From a bacterium (GTDB taxonomy: Bacteria; RBG-13-61-14; DATKZS01), in assembly GCA_963674965.2 (NCBI GenBank), contig CAXXFL010000005.1, positions 96,001 through 160,000 on the forward strand: DNA of 64,000 bases. Reading direction: 5' to 3'. Of this stretch, positions 49,276 through 60,444 are shown piece after piece. How positions within the stretch are numbered: the stretch's first letter is position 1; every line of letters starts with the position of its first letter. The translations under genes were made by a program, and so were the position numbers. The notes beneath the pieces were generated by a model. The model was not told the DNA's origin. It searched no databases and was given only the letters and a program-made list of their open reading frames with translations.

Positions 49276-50052
49276 ATGGCGAAAATCGTAGACCTGTCCA
49301 AAACCATACGCTTTGACCGTCGGGACCCCTGGTGGATGCGGGCCAAGGTCGGCAAGCAGGGGCACATGCTGGGAGGTATCCAGATAAGGCTCTTCTTCAA
49401 GCTTCCTTATTCCCTCTTTCCCAAGGGCTTCACCGGGTGGGCCAACGACACCCTTAAGATGGGCGTTCACTCGAGCACTCATCTTGACGCGCCCTGGCAC
49501 TACGGCCCGGCCTCGGAGGGCAAGGCGGCCAGGACCATCGACGAGGTGCCCCTCGAGTGGTGCTACGGACCGGGAGTGGTGATCGACGCCACCCGAAAAC
49601 CCGACTTCGAGATGATCACGGCGGAAGATATCGAGCGCGACCTGGACCGGAGCGGAGCGAGTGTCGGGGAAGGTACCATTGTCCTTATCAAAACGGGGCG
49701 GGACGCCCTGGCCTATACGCCCGACTTCACCACGCGGGGAACGGGCATGAGCCGCGAGGCCACCGAATGGCTGGTGGACAGGGGGGTCAAGGTGATCGGG
49801 ATCGACCAGTGGGGCTTCGACCTTCCCCTTCCCTGGATGGCCCGGGAGGCCAGGCGCAGAAACGACCGCGAGTATTTCTGGCAGGCCCATCTGGTGGGCG
49901 TGAAAAAGGAATATTGCCACATCGAGCAGCTCACCAACCTGGGCGCCCTGCCCCCCGCCGGTTTCAAGGTGGCCGCTTTTCCGCTCAAGATCGAGGGCGC
50001 CAGCGCCGGCCCGGCCCGGGTGGTGGCCATCTTCGAGGAGGAAACCACATGA
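49276..50052 (+). CDS. Cyclase family (kynurenine formamidase-like) metal hydrolase
   Basis: IVDLS, HSSTHLDAPWH (HxxTHxDxPxH), VLIKTG, GIDQWGFD, IEQL, PLKIEGASAGPARVVA. Confidence 0.9.
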   Translation: MAKIVDLSKTIRFDRRDPWWMRAKVGKQGHMLGGIQIRLFFKLPYSLFPKGFTGWANDTLKMGVHSSTHLDAPWHYGPASEGKAARTIDEVPLEWCYGPGVVIDATRKPDFEMITAEDIERDLDRSGASVGEGTIVLIKTGRDALAYTPDFTTRGTGMSREATEWLVDRGVKVIGIDQWGFDLPLPWMAREARRRNDREYFWQAHLVGVKKEYCHIEQLTNLGALPPAGFKVAAFPLKIEGASAGPARVVAIFEEETT

Positions 50053-51077
50053 AGCTTTGTACCTTCCAGGTAAAGGACGGCGACGCGGGCCCCAGGGCCG
50101 GCATCCTGAGGGACGGCTCGGTATACGACGTGGACGCCATAGTCCCGGTCCTGGCCGCCAGGATCGGCAAGGCGCCCATGGCCGATTACTCGAGCGTCAT
50201 CGGCATACTGCGCGGCGGCCGCCCGGTAATGGACGTGGTGACCAAGATGGACAAGTCCATCGCCGAGGAAACGGATTCCTCCCCCGCGGCGCGCTACAAG
50301 GTCGGCCTGGACAAGGTCCAGCTTCTGGCGCCCGTGCCCCGGCCCAACTCCATCCGCGACTTCATGGTCTTCGAGGAGCACCTGGTCAATTCCATGCACA
50401 CGGTGGTAAAAAACAAGTTCCCGCCCCTGGCCTGGCTCAGCAGGCTGGTCCAGAAGGGAATAGGAAAACCCCTTCTCAGGCCGCCCAACGTATGGTACCG
50501 CATTCCCGCCTATTACAAGGGAAACCCCGACTCGGTAATCGGACCCGGCCGGGACATCGAGTGGCCGTCCTATACGGAGAAACTGGACTACGAGCTCGAG
50601 TTCGGCGTCTATATTATGGGAGCGGGAAAGGACGTCAAAAAGGAGGACGCCGAGTCCTATATCGCGGGCTACACCATCTTCAACGACGTGAGCGCCCGCG
50701 ACTTCCAGATGAGGGAGATGGGCGCCCGGCTGGGACCGGCCAAGGGCAAGGACTTCGACACCGGCAACGTGATGGGCCCGTGGCTGGTGACTCCCGACGA
50801 GGTGGGCGACCCCTACTCGCTCAAGATGGAGGCCCTCGTGAACGGAGAGGTCTGGTCCTCCGGTACCAGCGCGGGAATGAGGTTTAAATTCCCCGACATA
50901 ATCGAGCACGTCTCCATGTCCGAGACCCTGCGGCCGGGCGATTTCCTCGGCTCCGGCACCATGGGCACGGGCTGCGGACTCGAATTGGACCGCTGGATAA
51001 GGCCCGGCGACTCGATCACCCTGAAAGTGGAAAAGCTCGGCGAGCTGACCAACAAGGTGGTAAGGAGGAAAAAATGA
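50049..51077 (+). CDS. Fumarylacetoacetate hydrolase family protein
   Basis: ATGA overlap with the cyclase gene; LLAPVPRP..IRDF..FEEH, LDYELE, NDVSARD, KGKDF, GPWLVTPDE, LRPGD..GSGT. Confidence 0.92.
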   Translation: MKLCTFQVKDGDAGPRAGILRDGSVYDVDAIVPVLAARIGKAPMADYSSVIGILRGGRPVMDVVTKMDKSIAEETDSSPAARYKVGLDKVQLLAPVPRPNSIRDFMVFEEHLVNSMHTVVKNKFPPLAWLSRLVQKGIGKPLLRPPNVWYRIPAYYKGNPDSVIGPGRDIEWPSYTEKLDYELEFGVYIMGAGKDVKKEDAESYIAGYTIFNDVSARDFQMREMGARLGPAKGKDFDTGNVMGPWLVTPDEVGDPYSLKMEALVNGEVWSSGTSAGMRFKFPDIIEHVSMSETLRPGDFLGSGTMGTGCGLELDRWIRPGDSITLKVEKLGELTNKVVRRKK

Positions 51078-52255
51078 GGACCATACCCAGCCATGACCCG
51101 GAAGTAATGGAAAAGAGGTCCGGCGGCGGGGGTATGGCCGTGTTCGGTTTTGTCTTCCTTTGTATAGGGATCGCGATCGCGGCCATGGCCCTCGGGGTGA
51201 TACCGGCCGAGGACGAGGGAGGTCCGCCCCGCTTCGTGGGGGCCATGTTCGGCCTGCCCTTCGCCATAACCGGATTGATCTTCGCCCTGGGCCGCTCGGG
51301 CCTTATCGTCGACAAAAGGACGGGCGTCCTCACCAAATGGCACGGGCTGATCGTCCCGATCATTCGGAAAGAAAAAAGGATCGACTTCTACGAGAGGGTG
51401 ACCATCGGCAAGGAAAAGAGGAGCAGCGGTAAAAACCAGATAACCGTCTATCCCGTGCGGCTGGAAGGATCGAAAGGCGAGGCCCCCCTCGAGCTGTCGG
51501 CCGCGCAGGATTACCTCGCCGCCAGGCGGGAGGCCGAGGAGATGGCCAAGTTCATGGGATGGGAACTGGCCGACGCTTCCTCCGGGACGGTGGTCACGAG
51601 GGAGGCGGACAAGCTCGACGAGTCCGTCCGGGAGAGAGTGAGAAGGACGGGAGAGACCCCCGAGCCCGTTCCCCTGCCGCCCCAGATGAGAATCCGCGTC
51701 GAGAGGACCGGAGCGGACCTTAATATCTTCACCCCCGCCCCCGGCCTGGGCATTCCCGAGTACCTGCTCATGACCCTCGGCGTAATGGGGACCTTCATGG
51801 GCGGCGCCATGTTCCTCTTCGTGTTTATCGACGAGACGGCCCCCCTTCCCATCAAGATTTTTTTCAGCCTCTTCATGATCGTTCCCATCGCCGTCTCCTG
51901 GAGCATCAGCCTGGGAAGGGCCAGGAAAAAGTACGAGATCTTCGTCTCCTACGACCGGCTCCGGGTCAAAACCAGGGGCTTTATCTTCTCGAGCGAGAGC
52001 TCGATGCCCATGTCCGAGATGGAGGAACTGGTGTTCCACTCGGGTCTCGCCATGCCCTCCCCCGAGGAACTGGCCAGGCGATCGGGAAAATCCGGGCAGG
52101 AAGTTCCTCCCATCGTTTATACCTTCCTGAGGATACTGGCCAAACCTGGGCTGGTGGCCCGAAGCGACAAGGCCGAAATCAAGTTCGGAGAGGGATTAAG
52201 CGACGAGGAGTTAAAATACGTCCATTACGAGATCATGAGGATGATCGCCGAATAA
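51074..52255 (+). CDS. Hypothetical membrane protein (two TM-hairpin + soluble-domain modules), paralog 1
   Basis: Two pairs of TM helices, each followed by a beta-rich soluble segment; colinear with the next gene. Confidence 0.8.
   Translation: MRTIPSHDPEVMEKRSGGGGMAVFGFVFLCIGIAIAAMALGVIPAEDEGGPPRFVGAMFGLPFAITGLIFALGRSGLIVDKRTGVLTKWHGLIVPIIRKEKRIDFYERVTIGKEKRSSGKNQITVYPVRLEGSKGEAPLELSAAQDYLAARREAEEMAKFMGWELADASSGTVVTREADKLDESVRERVRRTGETPEPVPLPPQMRIRVERTGADLNIFTPAPGLGIPEYLLMTLGVMGTFMGGAMFLFVFIDETAPLPIKIFFSLFMIVPIAVSWSISLGRARKKYEIFVSYDRLRVKTRGFIFSSESSMPMSEMEELVFHSGLAMPSPEELARRSGKSGQEVPPIVYTFLRILAKPGLVARSDKAEIKFGEGLSDEELKYVHYEIMRMIAE
52155..52255 (+). repeat. 101-bp direct repeat, copy 1 (3' end of paralog 1)
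   Basis: 96/101 identical to 53371-53471 by manual alignment. Confidence 0.9.
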
Positions 52256-52337
52256 AAAGAGAACCCATAAAAGGAGAGGCCCCAACAACAATAGCAAACC
52301 TGAATGAAGGGAGCGGCAAGGTCGCAAGGAGTAACGG

Positions 52338-53471
52338 TTGAAAGCCTTTACAAGCCATGACCCCGAGGTACTGGAGAAAAAATGGGCAAACCCGATCGGG
52401 ATCGTCGTGGGCCCGATTCTTATCCTGGTCGGGATGGCCTGGGCCGCCGTCTCCGTCGTGAGCGCGGCGCCCGAGATAAACTTCATGGGCCTTTTCATCG
52501 GCTTTCTTCTGGAGATAGCGGGGCTTTTGCTCGCGTCCATCCGGTCGGGCCTTACGATCGATAAAAGGACTGGAGTACTCACCAGGTGGGAGGGGTTTCT
52601 TTTACCGATAAAAAAGCAAGAGCAGGGGATCGGAAATTACGATACGGTCACCCTGCGCAAGGAATATCGGACCCGAGGCAAGGAAAGGATAATCGTATAT
52701 CGCGCGCGACTGGAGGATTCAGAGGGCGAGGCCCCCCTCGTGCTATCGGCCATTGAAAATTACTTTAAGGCCCGGCGGGAGGCCAAGGAGATCGCCGGGT
52801 TCCTCGGGTTGACCCTGGTGGACTCATCCTCCGGCGTGGCGGTGACGCGGGAGGCCCACGAGTTGGGAGAACCCTTGCGGGAGAGATTGAAGAGGACGGA
52901 CGAGGTCCCCGAGCACCTGGAGCCGCCGCGAGACACGAGGGTCCGAGTCGAGCGCGAGGAGGATGAACTGCGTATCTTTACGCCGGCGAAAGGCATGGGA
53001 GCGGGCGTGTACTTGATTCTGCTTCCCTTCGTGACGGCTGTACTTTTATTAAGCTGGGCCTTTTTCCCCTTCATTTCAAAAGAGGGCGCTCCACTCCCAA
53101 TCAGAATAATTATCGGTCTTATCGTGATCACGTCCATAATTCTTACCATTGGGATTGTACTGGAAAAAGCCTTGAAAGAGCGTGAGATTATCGTCTCTCG
53201 CGACCAACTTCTGGAGAGGACCAGAGTCCTGTTAATATCCAGAAGCAAATCCATGTCCCTGTCCGAGATGGAGGAGTTGTTGTTCCACTCCGAGATTTCC
53301 GTTCCTTATGAGGACCGCGCGCTTGCCGTGGAGAGGGCCCTTTTCAGACTTTTCGCCAAACCCGGTCTTCTGGCCCGAAGCGACAAGGCCGAGATCAAGT
53401 TCGCGGAGGGATTGAGCGACGAGGAGTTAAAATACGTCCATTACGAAATCATGAGGATGATCGCCGAATAA
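52338..53471 (+). CDS. Hypothetical membrane protein, paralog 2
   Basis: TTG start after AAGGAG; shares SHDPEV, DKRTGVLT.W.G, GEAPL.LSA, ARREA.E.A.F.G..L.D.SSG and the C-terminus with 51074-52255. Confidence 0.8.
   Translation: MKAFTSHDPEVLEKKWANPIGIVVGPILILVGMAWAAVSVVSAAPEINFMGLFIGFLLEIAGLLLASIRSGLTIDKRTGVLTRWEGFLLPIKKQEQGIGNYDTVTLRKEYRTRGKERIIVYRARLEDSEGEAPLVLSAIENYFKARREAKEIAGFLGLTLVDSSSGVAVTREAHELGEPLRERLKRTDEVPEHLEPPRDTRVRVEREEDELRIFTPAKGMGAGVYLILLPFVTAVLLLSWAFFPFISKEGAPLPIRIIIGLIVITSIILTIGIVLEKALKEREIIVSRDQLLERTRVLLISRSKSMSLSEMEELLFHSEISVPYEDRALAVERALFRLFAKPGLLARSDKAEIKFAEGLSDEELKYVHYEIMRMIAE
53371..53471 (+). repeat. 101-bp direct repeat, copy 2 (3' end of paralog 2)
   Basis: 96/101 identical to 52155-52255. 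Confidence 0.9.
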
Positions 53472-53693
53472 GAAGGCAAGCGCCGCGCTGGACAAAGGAT
53501 ATTTTTCGTCTATTATCATGAAGGATTACGTGGGAGGGTATAAGGACCCGAAATTGTTTTTACGGGGTCCTGATCGAAGGCTTCGGGGATATCGTTCGTT
53601 TTGGGAAACGTGTAGGGCCAGGCCAAAGCCGAGGCCCTGAGGGATAGTAGTTATCTAAGGCCAAAAGCCACCTAGTGAAGGAGGATCGATCGG

Positions 53694-54458
53694 ATGAAAA
53701 ACAAGCGAGGAATTATCGCGAGGACTTTGTTGACGCTGTTTGTCAGCGTTATCGGTTTCATGGTAATGGCGGGTCCGTCCTGCCCCGGGGCCCCCGGCGG
53801 TGGAGACAACGGCGGGGCCACGGCCCAGCCCGCGCCCCCTCCCGTTCCGGCCCCGACGCCGGCCCCGGTGACGACCGCGCCCGAGCCGGCCAAGCCGGTG
53901 ACCCTGGGCAAGCAGAATAACCTCGAGGTGGGCAGGCTGGTGCTCACCAACGCCAACGGCATCGAGAAGGCCCGGCTCGAGGTGCTTCCCGACGGCGGCG
54001 TGGGGTTCATCTTTAAGGACGAAGCCGGCGTTGACAGGACCATGCTGGGCGTGGGTTCCGACGGCACTCCCGTAATAGTGATGCGGGACAAGGCCGGCAT
54101 GGACAGGGTGCAGGTCATAGTGGATGAGGACGACTCCCCCGAGATCGACCTGATCAACCGGGAAGGAAAAATCAAGGCCAGCCTGGCCCTGGAACCCGAG
54201 AACGACCAGCCCCTGTTGACCTTCTTCAGCGACGGCGACACGGCCATGACCACCTATTCCCTCACCAGCGAGGGCGACCCCAGGCTCGTCTACATCGACG
54301 AGAAGGGAAAAGAACAGGTCATCATTCCCAAGGAACTGCCCAAGCCCAAGCCCAAGGCCAAGCCCAAGCCCAAGGTAACGCCCAAGCCCGAGCCGCCGCC
54401 CTTCCGGGGTGAAACCATCTCGAGAAAGAAACAGAAAAAGGTCAGGATCAGAAAGTGA
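53694..54458 (+). CDS. Exported hypothetical protein with Pro-rich linker, 23-aa beta repeats and Pro/Lys tail
   Basis: AAGGAGG RBS; hydrophobic N-terminus; repeats such as FIFKDEAGVDRTMLGVGSDGTPV and IVMRDKAGMDRVQVIVDEDDSPE; PKPKPKAKPKPK. Confidence 0.8.
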   Translation: MKNKRGIIARTLLTLFVSVIGFMVMAGPSCPGAPGGGDNGGATAQPAPPPVPAPTPAPVTTAPEPAKPVTLGKQNNLEVGRLVLTNANGIEKARLEVLPDGGVGFIFKDEAGVDRTMLGVGSDGTPVIVMRDKAGMDRVQVIVDEDDSPEIDLINREGKIKASLALEPENDQPLLTFFSDGDTAMTTYSLTSEGDPRLVYIDEKGKEQVIIPKELPKPKPKAKPKPKVTPKPEPPPFRGETISRKKQKKVRIRK

Positions 54459-54480
54459 TCTGATTTCCCGGACCGCCTGA

Positions 54481-56639
<2,159 letters not shown>

Positions 56640-56640
<1 letters not shown>

Positions 56641-56924
56641 TGGGCGCGAAGCGAACGCGGCTGGTCATCCACGGCCGGGTCCAGGGGGTGGCCTTCCGCT
56701 ATTACGCGGAGAGGAAAGCCTCATCCCTCGGCGTCGTCGGATGGGTCAGGAACAGAAGGGACGGGACCGTCGAGCTGATTGCCGAGGGTGAGGAGTCCGT
56801 CCTGAGCGATCTAGTCGCCTGGTGCCACGAGGGACCGCCCTCAGCCAGGGTCGACGCCGTGGACGTTAACTGGCTCGAGCCAACGGGAGAGTTCTCCCGG
56901 TTCGTAACCGCCCGCACGGCGTGA
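56640..56924 (+). CDS. acyP: Acylphosphatase
   Basis: [25 protein letters not shown]. Confidence 0.93.
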
Positions 56925-57023
56925 AACGCCCGGCGAGACTTTCCATGGAAAGCGGGTTAAAATAGATAGAAGAGTCAAGCGCGGCGTACGCGGCGAAAGC
57001 GGGGCCGCCCGGGAGTGAATCGC

Positions 57024-57245
57024 ATGCCTTTATATGAGTTCGTTTGTAAGAAGTGCAAGTCCGAGTTCGAGGAACTGGTGCTTGGAAACGGTGACGACGT
57101 GGTCTGCCCAAGCTGCGGGAGCAGGAAGGTGGGAAAGCTCATGAGCGCCTGCGCCCACAAGTCGGGTGGCAGGTTCGTGGGATCGGGCGGCGGATCGAGC
57201 TGCTCGTCCTGCTCGAGCGGCAACTGTTCCTCCTGCGGGCACTGA
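57024..57245 (+). CDS. FmdB-family zinc-ribbon protein
   Basis: MPLYEFVCKKC...FE...CPSCGS...KLMS and CSSCSSGNCSSC tail. Confidence 0.9.
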   Translation: MPLYEFVCKKCKSEFEELVLGNGDDVVCPSCGSRKVGKLMSACAHKSGGRFVGSGGGSSCSSCSSGNCSSCGH

Positions 57246-57275
57246 CGGGCGAGGCCGGGAAAAGCCGGACGGAAC

Positions 57276-57914
57276 ATGAAGCCTCGATATATCGCCATCG
57301 AGGGGCCCATCGGAGTGGGCAAGACCAGCCTGGCCCAGATGCTGGCCGGGGAACTCGAGGGCCGGCTCGTCCTCGAGGAGGTCGAGGAGAACCCGTTCCT
57401 CAAGGACTTCTACGCCTCCCGCGAGGAATTCGGCTTCCAGACCCAGTTGTATTTCCTGCTCAGCAGGTACCGCCAGCAAAGGAAGGTGGCCCAGCAGGAC
57501 CTCTTCAGGCAGTTCACCCTGGCCGACTATATATTTGACAAAGATAGAATTTTCGCTAAGCTCAATCTTAGCGACGACGAGCTTGTCCTTTACGAGCAGG
57601 TCTACGCGCTCATCGACCACAGGATAGTCAGGCCCGACCTGGTCATATACCTTCAGGCCCGACCCAAAATACTGCTCGAAAGGATAAAGCGCCGCGGCAA
57701 GGACTACGAGAAACCGATCGACTCGGGATACCTCGAGCGGCTTTGCGAGGCTTATAACGATTATTTTTTCCATTTTAATGAGACCTCGCTTCTGGTCGTG
57801 AACACCGACGGGATCGACTTCGTCGAGAGCCGCGGCGACTTCGAGGAACTGCTGAAGGAAATAAAGCGGTTCCGGCGTGGGGTCCAATACTTCGTGCCGC
57901 TTGGATCCAGGTGA
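57276..57914 (+). CDS. Deoxynucleoside kinase
   Basis: IAIEGPIGVGKTSL, ENPFL..FY, TQLYFLLSR, DKDRIFA, RI..RG..YE. Confidence 0.92.
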   Translation: MKPRYIAIEGPIGVGKTSLAQMLAGELEGRLVLEEVEENPFLKDFYASREEFGFQTQLYFLLSRYRQQRKVAQQDLFRQFTLADYIFDKDRIFAKLNLSDDELVLYEQVYALIDHRIVRPDLVIYLQARPKILLERIKRRGKDYEKPIDSGYLERLCEAYNDYFFHFNETSLLVVNTDGIDFVESRGDFEELLKEIKRFRRGVQYFVPLGSR

Positions 57915-57917
57915 TAC

Positions 57918-57982
57918 TGGACCGAGACGGAAGGCCGAAAAAACCCGACGCTGACCCGGCGGCCGAGCGCCGCGGGGAAAGC
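57918..57982 (+). ncRNA. pan-motif-like cis-regulatory RNA in the panB leader
   Basis: Two tandem stem-loops with purine-rich internal bulges (GGACCGAGACGGAAG; GCT-GA-CCC...GGG-GAA-AGC) upstream of panBCD and a terminator; match to the pan motif is from recall, not a covariance-model search. Confidence 0.55.
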
Positions 57983-58001
57983 CATGGGATTATTCCATCC
58001 G

Positions 58002-58031
58002 CCTTCCGGATCGTTCCGGAAGGTTTTTTTT
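58002..58031 (+). terminator. Intrinsic terminator/attenuator upstream of panB
   Basis: Perfect 9-bp stem CCTTCCGGA-tcgt-TCCGGAAGG followed by 8 T. Confidence 0.85.
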
Positions 58032-58134
58032 GTCCACCGCCTCCCGGCCTTCCATAACGGCGGCCCCGGGCCGCGGCGGCGGACGAAAGGGGCGGGCGAA
58101 AAAGAATATTTCCCGCCTCGCGAAAGGAGAGGAC

Positions 58135-58995
58135 ATGGCCGACAAAATCAACATCCTGGAGGTCCAGGCGATGAAGGCGAGGGGCGACAAGATAACCATG
58201 CTTACCGCCTACGATTATCCCTCGGCGATGATAGCCGACGCGGCCGGGGTCGACATGATCCTGGTGGGCGACTCGGTGGGAACGGTGGTACAGGGCCAAT
58301 CCACCACCCTGCCCGTGACCATGGACCAGATGATCTATCATACGTCCCTGGTTTCCAGGGCGACGGGCAGGGCCATGGTCGTCTTCGACATGCCTTTCAT
58401 GAGCTACCAGGAAAGCGCCGAGCAGGCCAAGCAAAACGCCGGCCGGGCCGTCAAGGAGGCGGGGGCCGAGTGCGTGAAGCTGGAGGGGGGCGTGAACATG
58501 GCCTCGGTCATCAGGGCCATCAGCTCGATCGACGTGCCGGTGGTGGGGCACATCGGCCTTACCCCGCAGAGCGTCCACCGCATGGGGGGGCATAAAATCC
58601 AGGGCCGCACGGAGGAGCAGCGTCAAAGGCTCCTTGCCGACGCCCGGGCCGTCGAGGACGCCGGGGCCTTTTGCCTGGTCATGGAATGCATACCCTCCGA
58701 GGTGGCCAAAGAGATAACGGAATCGATTTCCATTCCCACCGTGGGCATCGGGTGCGGGCCGGATTGCGACGGCCAGGTGTTGGTCTGGCACGACGTGCTG
58801 GGCATATATCCTGGCCGCAAGCTCACCTTTGTAAAGCGTTACGCCGACCTATATCCGGTGATCCTCGAGGCCATCGAGACCTACGTTAAGGAAGTCAGGG
58901 AGTCGGCTTTTCCCGACGAGGCCCACTCGTTCGGGTTACAGCCGAAAAAGAAAGCGAAAAAAAGCGCCGCGAAAAGGAAGTCGAAAACCAGGTAA
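58135..58995 (+). CDS. panB: 3-methyl-2-oxobutanoate hydroxymethyltransferase
   Basis: [45 protein letters not shown]. Confidence 0.97.
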   Translation: MADKINILEVQAMKARGDKITMLTAYDYPSAMIADAAGVDMILVGDSVGTVVQGQSTTLPVTMDQMIYHTSLVSRATGRAMVVFDMPFMSYQESAEQAKQNAGRAVKEAGAECVKLEGGVNMASVIRAISSIDVPVVGHIGLTPQSVHRMGGHKIQGRTEEQRQRLLADARAVEDAGAFCLVMECIPSEVAKEITESISIPTVGIGCGPDCDGQVLVWHDVLGIYPGRKLTFVKRYADLYPVILEAIETYVKEVRESAFPDEAHSFGLQPKKKAKKSAAKRKSKTR

Positions 58996-59032
58996 CCGGC
59001 CGAGCCCGGGCCACTTTTGACGGGGATTTATA

Positions 59033-59905
59033 TTGAACTCCAAGATTGAAGTATTACAGACGGTCCGTTCCATGCGCGCCCGCTCCGAGGAGGCAAGGCG
59101 AAAGGGGCTGATCGTGGGGTGCGTGCCGACCATGGGGTATCTGCACGAGGGGCATCTCTCCCTTATCGGGGAATGCGCCCGGCGCTCGGACCTGGTGGTG
59201 ATGACCCTGTTCGTCAACCCCACCCAGTTCGCCCCCGGCGAGGACCTGGACAAATACCCGAGGGATTTCGAGGGAGACCTGGCCAAGGCCCGAGGCGCCG
59301 GGGCCCACGCCGTCTTTTATCCCGGACCCGACGAGATGTATCCCGAGGGCTATCGGACTTTCGTCACGGTCGAGGACCTTACCCGGGACATGGAGGGGGC
59401 CTCCCGTCCCACCCACTTCAGGGGCGTGGCCACGGTGGTGACCAAGCTGTTCGGAGCCGTCCGGCCCCATCTGGCCGTTTTCGGGGAAAAGGACTTCCAG
59501 CAACTCAAGGTGATCGAGCGGGCCAGCCAGGACTTAAACCTGGGTGTCGAGATAATCGGCATGCCCACGGTAAGGGAGCCGGACGGACTGGCCATGTCCA
59601 GCCGGAACGTTTACCTCTCCGCCGGGGAGCGGGCAAGGGCCCTTTCCATAAGCGGGGCCCTTTTCGCGGCGAGCGACGCGGTTGAGAAGGGGGCTTTGGA
59701 CCCGGTTTCCCTGGCGCTCGAGGCCAGGCGCGCGATGGAAAAAGAAAGACTCGAGGTTGACTACGTCGAGGTCAGGGACGAGAGGACTTTGGACCCTATT
59801 AAAAAGATAATGGGACCGGCCCGGATGCTGGCGGCGGCCAGGGTGGGAAAGACGCGGCTTATCGACAACGTCCGTCTTGGCCGATTTGAAAATACGGTTA
59901 GATGA
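59033..59905 (+). CDS. panC: Pantoate--beta-alanine ligase
   Basis: VPTMGYLHEGH, FVNPTQF, RPTHFRGV, FGEKDFQQL, DGLAMSSRN, RLIDN. Confidence 0.97.
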   Translation: MNSKIEVLQTVRSMRARSEEARRKGLIVGCVPTMGYLHEGHLSLIGECARRSDLVVMTLFVNPTQFAPGEDLDKYPRDFEGDLAKARGAGAHAVFYPGPDEMYPEGYRTFVTVEDLTRDMEGASRPTHFRGVATVVTKLFGAVRPHLAVFGEKDFQQLKVIERASQDLNLGVEIIGMPTVREPDGLAMSSRNVYLSAGERARALSISGALFAASDAVEKGALDPVSLALEARRAMEKERLEVDYVEVRDERTLDPIKKIMGPARMLAAARVGKTRLIDNVRLGRFENTVR

Positions 59906-59966
59906 ATGTTAAGATAATGTATTGGCGCTGACGCCGTTCGAAGGCGCGGCGACCAGGGAGGTAGTC

Positions 59967-60344
59967 ATGCAACGGACGATGCTCAAGTCCAAGATTCACC
60001 GGGCCACGGTGACCCAGGCGGACCTTGACTATATCGGCTCGATAGAGATCGATCGGAATCTCATGGAAGCCGCGGACCTTCTCGAGAACGAGATGGTGCA
60101 CGTGTGGAACATCACCACGGGCGACAGGTTCCAGACCTACGCCATTTACGGTCCTCGCGACTCGGGCGTGATCTGCATCAACGGCGCGGCGGCCCACCGG
60201 GCCAACGCCGGCGACGTGGTTATCATCGCCAGCTTCGTGGAGCTCGAGGACGAGGCGGCCCGAAAATGGGAGCCCAGTCTTATTTTCGTGGACGAGCAAA
60301 ACCGGGAACTGCCGAGGGAGAATTTATCCGTCCTAGCCAGATAG
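59967..60344 (+). CDS. panD: Aspartate 1-decarboxylase
   Basis: [22 protein letters not shown] (Gly-Ser self-cleavage site), G.RF.TY, NGAAAH. Confidence 0.97.
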   Translation: MQRTMLKSKIHRATVTQADLDYIGSIEIDRNLMEAADLLENEMVHVWNITTGDRFQTYAIYGPRDSGVICINGAAAHRANAGDVVIIASFVELEDEAARKWEPSLIFVDEQNRELPRENLSVLAR

Positions 60345-60348
60345 AAGG

Positions 60349-60377
60349 TTGATTCGTCCTCCCTATGGAGTTATACT
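60349..60377 (+). promoter_or_regulatory. Sigma70-type promoter of the rpsF operon
   Basis: TTGATT-N17-TATACT. Confidence 0.65.
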
Positions 60378-60398
60378 ATATTTTCCGGCCTTAACCGG

Positions 60399-60438
60399 CT
60401 CCTTGCCCCGATGATGGGGCTATTTAACCCGAAAGGAG
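60399..60438 (+). ncRNA. S6:S18 ribosomal protein leader (autoregulatory element)
   Basis: CTCCTT pairs with the SD AAGGAG; inner hairpin GCCCC/GGGGC; unpaired CCG just 5' of the SD, as in the described S6:S18 motif. Confidence 0.75.
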
Positions 60439-60444
60439 ACCCGC

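Noticed and set aside
52155-53471. 101-bp repeat pair as a DGR template/variable repeat
   Set aside because: No reverse transcriptase in the window, both copies are coding 3' ends, and the few differences are mostly synonymous and not strictly adenine-specific
53490-53690. Hairpins in the leader of the beta-repeat protein as a riboswitch
   Set aside because: No recognisable aptamer consensus or expression platform
54339-54390. (CCCAAG)n tract, and the GAAAAG tract near 44347, as phase-variation loci
   Set aside because: 6-bp units keep the frame and simply encode PK or EK low-complexity tails
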